Under the pieces are notes generated by a model. It saw only the letters and a list, made by a program, of their open reading frames with translations, searched no databases and had not been told where the DNA came from. Both the position numbers and the translations under genes were made by a program. From assembly GCA_963727445.1 (NCBI GenBank), contig CAVSGI010000010.1:1472001-1536000 (forward strand): a stretch of 64,000 bases of DNA. The letters are read 5' to 3'. Below, one piece after another: positions 57,871 to 64,000 of this stretch (positions within the stretch are counted from its first letter, which is position 1; every line of letters begins with the position of its first letter). The stretch comes from an uncultured delta proteobacterium. Its GTDB lineage: Bacteria > Myxococcota_A > Polyangia > Polyangiales > B10-G4.

Positions 57871-58371
57871 ATGAACTGCGAGCACTGTGGCCGGAACCTC
57901 ACCGCCGACGAGATGCGCGGTGAGTCCTGTCGCTACTGCGGCACCGTGCTGCCTCATCGTGCGCGCGCCATGGAGAAGGCGGCGGTGGTGAAAGAGATCC
58001 TCGCCGACGCCGATGGCGACGGGATCCCCGACATCATGCAGCAGCTCGGCAGCGCTGGCGGCGGCGCGCAGGTGCTGTCGAGCGGCGTGGTCGTGACCAG
58101 CAGCACCACCACCACCGCCACGGTGACGAGCGGCGGCTCCGTGCGCCAGCTCTCGGACGAGGAGGCGAATCGGATGCTCGCGGAATTCGGTTTCAGCGGC
58201 CCGGTGGGCGCGTCCAACACCATCGGCGTCGGCTCGGCGGTCCTCGTCACCTGGGCCGATGGCAACCGCTACCCGGGACAGGTGGTCGGCGTGCGCGAAG
58301 GCGAATTCGAAGTGCGATTCGGCGACGGTCGCGTCCTGTGGGTGGGCGCGACGTACGTAGCGCGTAGCTAG
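57871..58371 (+). CDS. Hypothetical protein: zinc ribbon, Ca-binding-like loop, Tudor-like domain
   Basis: CEHCG...CRYCG; DADGDGIPD; GSAVLVTWADGNRYPGQV....FEVRFGDG...WV. Confidence 0.7.
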   Translation: MNCEHCGRNLTADEMRGESCRYCGTVLPHRARAMEKAAVVKEILADADGDGIPDIMQQLGSAGGGAQVLSSGVVVTSSTTTTATVTSGGSVRQLSDEEANRMLAEFGFSGPVGASNTIGVGSAVLVTWADGNRYPGQVVGVREGEFEVRFGDGRVLWVGATYVARS

Positions 58372-58377
58372 CGATAG

Positions 58378-59649
58378 CTAAGGCACGTCCGACGCGAGGC
58401 GGGTCATGTCGGCGCGGGTCGTGCCGGCGGGGAAGCGGGCGAGGTAGCGCTCCGCGACGGCGCGGGTGTCGGCGCGACGGCCGAGCGCTTCGAGGGCGCG
58501 GGCCCGCAGCGCCAGGCCGCGCTCTTCGAAGGGCGAGCCTTCGCCGTCGACGGAGGCTGCGTCGAGGGACGCGAGGGCGCCGGCCGGGTCGGAGAGATCC
58601 GCGAAGCGTATCGAGGCGGCGCGGAAGCCGGCGCCGACGTGTGCGGCGCCTGGTGACACGGCGACGCGATCGTAGACGGGCGCCGCTTCGGCGAAGCGCC
58701 TGAGGGCGCGGAGCGCATCCGCTTCGACGAGGCGATAGGCGAGGTCGCCCGGGCGCTCGGCGAGCGCGCGCCGCGCGGCGAGGAGGGCGGCTTCGGGATT
58801 GCCCGCAGCGATCATCGCCTGGGCTCGTTCCACCGTCGGAGGCGACTCGCGACGCGGGGTGGGAATCGGGGCGGTCACCGCCGGCTCCGCAAGCGCCACG
58901 ACAGGCTCCGCCGGAGCCGCTTCCTCCGGGCGCGGCGCGACGGACGCACGCGCCTCGGCGGCGCGACGGCCGCGCGCGGACAGACGCGCATCCGGCCCGA
59001 AGTCCGTGCCGCTGCTCCACGACTCGCCCTGCGTCAACAGCCGCGGCGCCGCGCCGGCCTCGCCGTCGCGCAGCACCTCGACGCGTCCTTCGTAAACGCG
59101 CACCGTCGTGCCGTCCTCGCGCGCGTCCACAGAGAAGATGGTGCCGAGGACGCGCACCCGGAGATCCCGCGTCTCGACCTCGAAGGTGGCGCCGTCGCCG
59201 AGTCGGGCGACGTCGAAGAGCATCGCGCCGCGGCTCAGGCTGACGCGTCGCTCGGTGTCCGTCATCGACAGCAGCTCGAAGCGGCTGCCTTCGACGGCGG
59301 TGATCCGGTCGCCGCTCGGAAGCGCGAGCTCCATCGGGTCGGCGTGCGCCGGCACCGTTTCGCCCGCCGCGCTCTCGGGCGCCGCCGGCGGAGCGGCGGC
59401 CTGCCCGGCGCTATCGCCCGAAGTCACCCACGCGAGCGTCACGAGCGCCGCGAGCGCCGCCGCGGTCGCCGCGCTCGTCGCCATCACCCAGCGCTGGCGC
59501 CGTCTCGCTCCACGGGCCCGCGCCCCGAGGGTCGCCTGGCGGATCATGCGGCGCGCGTCGGTGTCGTCGAGCGCCTCGGCTTCCGTCTCGCGCGCCAGCG
59601 CTGTCAGGGCTCCGAGGGTGCGCTCCTCGCGTTCGGAGAGCGGCTTCAC
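58378..59649 (-). CDS. FecR-domain anti-sigma factor with TPR-like C-terminus
   Basis: TM helix; LSRGAMLFDV...VRVLGTIFSV...VRVYEGRVEV; YLARFPAG. Confidence 0.87.
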   Translation of the reverse strand: MKPLSEREERTLGALTALARETEAEALDDTDARRMIRQATLGARARGARRRQRWVMATSAATAAALAALVTLAWVTSGDSAGQAAAPPAAPESAAGETVPAHADPMELALPSGDRITAVEGSRFELLSMTDTERRVSLSRGAMLFDVARLGDGATFEVETRDLRVRVLGTIFSVDAREDGTTVRVYEGRVEVLRDGEAGAAPRLLTQGESWSSGTDFGPDARLSARGRRAAEARASVAPRPEEAAPAEPVVALAEPAVTAPIPTPRRESPPTVERAQAMIAAGNPEAALLAARRALAERPGDLAYRLVEADALRALRRFAEAAPVYDRVAVSPGAAHVGAGFRAASIRFADLSDPAGALASLDAASVDGEGSPFEERGLALRARALEALGRRADTRAVAERYLARFPAGTTRADMTRLASDVP

Positions 59650-60242
59650 GACGGCACCTCTTCGCCCAGGAGCGCAGACACGTATGGGTCGGCGCTCAGC
59701 ATCCGCGCGACCTCGCGGCGAGCGTGCATCAAGCGTGACCGCATGGCGCTGGCGCGCGTGCCCACGACCATCGCGGCCTCGAGCGGGCTCAGGCCTTCGA
59801 TGGCGCAGAGCACGAACGCGACGCGGCGCTTCTTCGGCAGCTTGTCGAGGCAGCGATAGAGCCGGCGCAGCGCCTCGCGGCTCATGGCGCGTGACTCGGG
59901 ATCGATCGTGTCCGGCGGCGGCGGCACCAGCTCGATCGAGGTCTCGCGCGGCGCGCGCCGGAAGTAGCGATACGCGACCCGGAGCGCGATCTTGCGCGCA
60001 AAGGTCTCGAGCGATGCGCGCCCCTCGTAGCGCGGAAGCGCATCTGCGATCGCGAAGAGCGCGTCCTGCACCGCGTCGTCGAGGTCGGCGCGCGGGCCGA
60101 GGAGGCGGTGCAGGAGCCGACGAACACCGGGCATGAGCTCGGCGAGCACCTCCTCGACCACTTCGCGCTCCCCGGCGCGAATGGCTTCGTGGCGTGGGTC
60201 GACCACGGCGGGTGCGACCAGTCGCAGCACCGCAGCGATCAT
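59646..60242 (-). CDS. ECF RNA polymerase sigma factor
   Basis: DLDDAVQD, YEGRASLETF..IA, LDKLPKKRRVAFVLCAIEGLS..EAA...MRSRLMHAR. Confidence 0.9.
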   Translation of the reverse strand: MIAAVLRLVAPAVVDPRHEAIRAGEREVVEEVLAELMPGVRRLLHRLLGPRADLDDAVQDALFAIADALPRYEGRASLETFARKIALRVAYRYFRRAPRETSIELVPPPPDTIDPESRAMSREALRRLYRCLDKLPKKRRVAFVLCAIEGLSPLEAAMVVGTRASAMRSRLMHARREVARMLSADPYVSALLGEEVPS

Positions 60243-61408
60243 GGGGCGATCTCCGTGCGCAGGGAGAGCATCCCGAAAGGCGTCGTACCGAAGGCGTCGG
60301 TGTCGTAGACGAAGGAGAGGCCGCCGGCGACGCGAAAGCCGATCGCGAAGGAGTCCGAGAGCTCCCACATGAAGCCGATGTGCGCGCCCGTCACCACGCC
60401 GAAGTAGGGGGCGACCTGCGCGACGCTGGTGATGACGCCGCCTCCCGCCGGCCGGGCGGGGCTAGTGCCGCCGGCGATCAACAGCGCCGCGAAGCCGCCG
60501 ATGTCGAAGCGCCCACTGTGGCTCGCTCCCACGCGGGTGAGGTCGAGGCCGAGGGTGCCCGCGGGCGCGGGCCGGTCGACGTATTGCACGACGCCCTGGC
60601 CGAAGACGTCGAGGCGGAGATACCGGCCCAGGTAGAAGCCGAAGCCGACCTCGGCGCCGGTCGCGACGAAGGCCGTCATGAGGCTCGCGCTCAAGAGCGC
60701 GCCGCTCCGCGGCATCGCCGCCTCTTCGCCGGTCGAATCCTCGGCCGAGGCTCGTGCGGCCGCCTCTTCAGGCGTCGGGGCGTCGACCGCGGCTGCACCG
60801 GTGGGCACGACGACCACGGCCGGCGTGGACGCGTCGACCGGATCCGCCAGCGCGCCCGCCGTCTCTTCGGCTCCGCCGGCGACCGCCTCGACCTCGACGT
60901 CACCGCTCGGCGTCTCCACCTGTACGTGCACGCGCACCGGACCACTCGCCGCCGCCGGCGCGATCACCGGATCGAGGAGCTCGCCAATCAGGCTCGCCGC
61001 GACGGCGGCGAAGGTGCGCGCATCGAGGCTCTCTGCCGGCGCGGGGAGCGGCGCGTCCCGGAGGTGGTCGGTCTCGGGATCCACGACGCGAAGGAGGTCG
61101 CCCGTCTCGGCGCCTGGATGCTCGACCCACACCGCGAAGGCCGCGCCCAGCTGACGCGCCGCGCTTTGCGCTGCGCCCGCACGAAGCAGCGGCGTCGCTC
61201 CAGTGGGGCTCGGCGCGACCACCACCTCCGCGCCTCGCGCGGCGAGCTCCACCTTCAGCCCATCGGCGAGCTCGATGGCGCGAGGCCCATCGTGCAGGAG
61301 GACCACCCGCTGCTGGGCCTGGGGTTGTGCTCGGGCGCTGGCCGCGAGGCTCACCGTCACGAACCCGGCGGCGGCGAAAGCGAAGAGGAGCCGGAATGGC
61401 GAAGTCAT
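60239..61408 (-). CDS. Secreted/outer-membrane protein, first gene of the ECF operon
   Basis: Signal peptide ending ARA-Q; C-terminal alternating beta-strand pattern; ATGA-coupled to the sigma gene. Confidence 0.7.
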   Translation of the reverse strand: MTSPFRLLFAFAAAGFVTVSLAASARAQPQAQQRVVLLHDGPRAIELADGLKVELAARGAEVVVAPSPTGATPLLRAGAAQSAARQLGAAFAVWVEHPGAETGDLLRVVDPETDHLRDAPLPAPAESLDARTFAAVAASLIGELLDPVIAPAAASGPVRVHVQVETPSGDVEVEAVAGGAEETAGALADPVDASTPAVVVVPTGAAAVDAPTPEEAAARASAEDSTGEEAAMPRSGALLSASLMTAFVATGAEVGFGFYLGRYLRLDVFGQGVVQYVDRPAPAGTLGLDLTRVGASHSGRFDIGGFAALLIAGGTSPARPAGGGVITSVAQVAPYFGVVTGAHIGFMWELSDSFAIGFRVAGGLSFVYDTDAFGTTPFGMLSLRTEIAP

Positions 61409-61415
61409 GTCCCCC

Positions 61416-61443
61416 AAGTGCGCGGGCAGCCCCCGCGCGTTCC
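61416..61443 (-). promoter_or_regulatory. Putative ECF sigma promoter
   Basis: Minus strand TTTTTT-GGAAC-N16-CGCACT just upstream of the ECF operon. Confidence 0.35.
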
Positions 61444-61519
61444 AAAAAAGCCGGTGGAGCCTACGGCAGATTCGGCAATCGGCACGCCGCGGCGATTTGT
61501 GGAGGAATCTCGGGGGGGC

Positions 61520-62176
61520 TCACTGGGGCAGCGGGAAATGGACGGCGGCGCCCGGACGGAAGGTCGGGGCGGCGACGTTGATCCCGAGGATGCCGAGGGT
61601 CGTCAGAAGCACCCCCGAGCCGAGGACGATCCCGCCGGCGAGGGCGGTGTCGTCGTCTCCGTTGGAGAGGCCGGAGGGGAGCAGGACGATGCCGGTGATC
61701 GCCGCGGCGACGCCCAGCAGCGTCGCGAGGATGCTGACGACGCGCAGGCCCACGAGACCGTCGTCCCACTCGCCGAGGGCTCGGCGATAGACGGTGGTGC
61801 CTGGGGAGACGTGCACCAACTCGGTGTCGATGCGGTCGCCCCCGCCGACGAGCGGAAACGCCAGCAGCACGTTGCCCGGCGGCATGTCGAGCACACATGG
61901 TGACGCCGGGCAGAGGACCTCGTAGCTCTCGGTGAACCAGTAGGTCTGCCGCCCGTCGGACTTGGTTCGTTCGTTGGCGACCATCGTCACGTGCTCGACC
62001 TGGGTGGGGCCGTTGGCGACATCGACGATGAGCCGCCCCTGCCCCACCACCGGAGGCGGACCCTGCACCGTGGGCGGGGTCGCGTCCGGCATCGCCACCG
62101 GGGGCAGCTTCTTCACGCAACCGGTCGCGAGGCCGACGAGCAATAGCGTGGCGAAGGGGAGGAAGAAACGAAACAT
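61520..62176 (-). CDS. Hypothetical lipoprotein with C-terminal hydrophobic hairpin
   Basis: LATGC lipobox; LCPASPCVLDMPPG. Confidence 0.7.
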   Translation of the reverse strand: MFRFFLPFATLLLVGLATGCVKKLPPVAMPDATPPTVQGPPPVVGQGRLIVDVANGPTQVEHVTMVANERTKSDGRQTYWFTESYEVLCPASPCVLDMPPGNVLLAFPLVGGGDRIDTELVHVSPGTTVYRRALGEWDDGLVGLRVVSILATLLGVAAAITGIVLLPSGLSNGDDDTALAGGIVLGSGVLLTTLGILGINVAAPTFRPGAAVHFPLPQ

Positions 62177-62211
62177 GGGCTAGACCAGAGTCGACGACGA
62201 AGCGGGGGAGT

Positions 62212-63207
62212 GTGAATATTCAACGGGCGGCGCCAGTCGCGCCAGTCTGGAATCAAGTGTCCTGGCACAACGCGCAATACCTTCTGATCGGCGGCTTGGT
62301 GGTGGCCGGGACGGCGGGGTGCGGCGTGCGCATCTCGGGCAATCATCCGGGGCTCACGATCGTGGGTGCGGGGCAGGTTCAGGGACAGGTCCAGGGACAG
62401 GTGCAGGTCCAGGCGCCGCCGCCGCCCGACGTGAACGTGAGCGTCCAGTACGACCAGCCGGTCTCGCTGACCAACGCGCCTGTCGCGGAGTTCTTCGGCA
62501 TCCCCATCGAGGGCGCCCAGGACGTGATCTTCGTCCTCGATCGCTCGGGGTCGATGAGTGGAGCGGCCAGCAGCAACATCGCCGTCGCGGCGCAGCGCAC
62601 GCCGACGCCGCCGCCGATCGGGCCCAACACGACACCGGCGGATTCGAACGGACCCGTGATCGTCGATCCCAACGCGACGAACGCGCCTTACGCGACGACC
62701 GGCACGGGTGCGACGACCACCGGCACCAGTGCGACGACCACCCAGCCCAACGCGGCCCCTGCACCGCCGCCATCGCCTGCGAGGCCGTCGAAGATCGAAG
62801 TCGCGCGCGCCGAGCTCGAGGAGGCGGTGGAACGGCTGCCCGATGGAACGCGCCTGAACATCCTCTTCTTCGACGACGCCCTCGAGGCCGTCGGGCCGAC
62901 ACTGATCACCCTGGAGGCGGGCTCGCGCGAAGCAATCGCGGCCTTCCTCACCGAGGCCACCCCCAGAGGCTCCACCGCCCTCGCCCCCGCGATGCGCACG
63001 GCGCTGTTGATGAACCCGAGCCGCGTGGTGCTCCTCTCCGATGGCCTCGCCAACGTCGGCGGCGACTCCGACGACATCCTGCGCGACGCCCGCGAAGCGA
63101 TGACCGGCGGCGTGCGCATCGACACCGTGGGCCTCGGCGCGGGGCACGACACCCGACTCCTGCGCTCGCTCGCGCAGGAAAGTGGCGGCCTCTACCAGGC
63201 GCTCTGA
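62212..63207 (+). CDS. VWA domain lipoprotein
   Basis: TAGC lipobox; MIDAS VIFVLDRSGSM, GSTAL, VVLLSDG, IDTVGLG, LAQESGG. Confidence 0.87.
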   Translation: MNIQRAAPVAPVWNQVSWHNAQYLLIGGLVVAGTAGCGVRISGNHPGLTIVGAGQVQGQVQGQVQVQAPPPPDVNVSVQYDQPVSLTNAPVAEFFGIPIEGAQDVIFVLDRSGSMSGAASSNIAVAAQRTPTPPPIGPNTTPADSNGPVIVDPNATNAPYATTGTGATTTGTSATTTQPNAAPAPPPSPARPSKIEVARAELEEAVERLPDGTRLNILFFDDALEAVGPTLITLEAGSREAIAAFLTEATPRGSTALAPAMRTALLMNPSRVVLLSDGLANVGGDSDDILRDAREAMTGGVRIDTVGLGAGHDTRLLRSLAQESGGLYQAL

Positions 63208-63217
63208 TCGGAGCGGC

Positions 63218-64000
63218 TCACGACTCGTCGAGCTGAAGCGCCGAGAGATCCGGAAGCTCGTCGAGGTTCGGGACGAGGGCGATCTCGATGCGCCGGTTCT
63301 GCTGGCGCCCTTCCTCGGTGTCGTTGGAGCCGACGGGCTGGGTGTCGGCGTAGCCGGCGGCGGAGAGGCGCTGTGCTCCGAGGCCCTGCTCGATCATCAG
63401 CTTGACGACGTTGACCGCGCGCGCCGTGGAGAGCTCCCAGTTCGAAGGGAAACGACTTGTGTGAATCGGCACGTTGTCGGTGTGGCCCGCGACGCGGAAC
63501 TGGCGGTCCACAATGCTCGCGAGGACCTCCGAGACCTGCTCGAGGACCTCGCGCCCCTCGGGCTTGATCCGGTCTCGGCCGCTGTCGAAGAGGACCGCCT
63601 CGGGCAGCTCGACCACGATCTGGTTGCGCACGACGCGAACGCGAAGGCGACCGGCGCTAATCATCTCGCTGAAGCGCTGCAAGAGCGACCGGTACGTCTC
63701 GAGGCGCGTGCGCGCCAAACGCTCGCGTGCTCGAAGGTCTTCGAGCGCCCGCTGCGCTGCCTCGAGGTCCGCCGAGAACGCCGCCTCGTCTTCGGCGTGC
63801 ATCCGCGCGAGATCGCCCACCGCCGCCTCCGCCGCTTCGAGCTGACGCCGGAGCGTGTCGTTGTCTCGTTCGAGTCGCTCCACCGGCGTGCCCAGCTCGT
63901 TGACGATCCGGCTGAGGTGGTCGAGCTGCTCGTGGGCGCGCTCGACGTCTCGCGCCAGGCCCTGCTCCCGGCCGCGCGCGCTATCGAGCTCGGTCTGAAG
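63218..64000 (-). CDS. OmpA/MotB family protein with coiled-coil N-region (5' truncated by window edge)
   Basis: Frame open from 64000; VLFDSGR, VAGHTDNVPI, SNWELSTARA, AAGYADTQP, NRRIEI. Confidence 0.9.
   Translation of the reverse strand, partial: LQTELDSARGREQGLARDVERAHEQLDHLSRIVNELGTPVERLERDNDTLRRQLEAAEAAVGDLARMHAEDEAAFSADLEAAQRALEDLRARERLARTRLETYRSLLQRFSEMISAGRLRVRVVRNQIVVELPEAVLFDSGRDRIKPEGREVLEQVSEVLASIVDRQFRVAGHTDNVPIHTSRFPSNWELSTARAVNVVKLMIEQGLGAQRLSAAGYADTQPVGSNDTEEGRQQNRRIEIALVPNLDELPDLSALQLDES

Noticed and set aside
63218..64000. Start codon at 63883 or a frameshift in the OmpA/MotB gene
   Set aside because: The frame stays open and coiled-coil-like to the window edge; the gene is simply truncated by the window.
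1..64000. tRNA, rRNA, IS, integrase or prophage genes
   Set aside because: None recognised by eye; intergenic gaps are short and no transposase or integrase motifs were seen. A tRNAscan/Infernal run would be needed to exclude small RNAs.

Overview
High-GC 64 kb fragment whose gene content points to a myxobacterium (Polyangiales/Sandaracinaceae-like, inferred): three Ser/Thr kinases, many Cys-rich or DAG/DSG-linker lipoproteins, a DUF1552/DUF1592 pair and an ECF sigma-FecR operon. About 60 CDS are supported; I see no rRNA, tRNA, CRISPR array or transposase. The most unusual item is a lipoprotein (48616-50382) studded with short peptides that resemble conserved signature motifs of unrelated families (Hcp, DUF1559 prepilin-like, planctomycete dockerin-like, RTX). 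Other notable items are a circularly permuted polar amino-acid-binding protein (32640-33446), a GGGGACGC-terminated long-hairpin repeat family at two loci with a compensatory base-pair change, and a 9-motif multiheme cytochrome c lipoprotein. There is also a possible arrest-peptide leader upstream of tandem SulP genes, a cluster of paralogous beta-helix lipoproteins, two frameshifted genes and one internally deleted remnant. All family assignments come from motif recognition by eye, not database searches.
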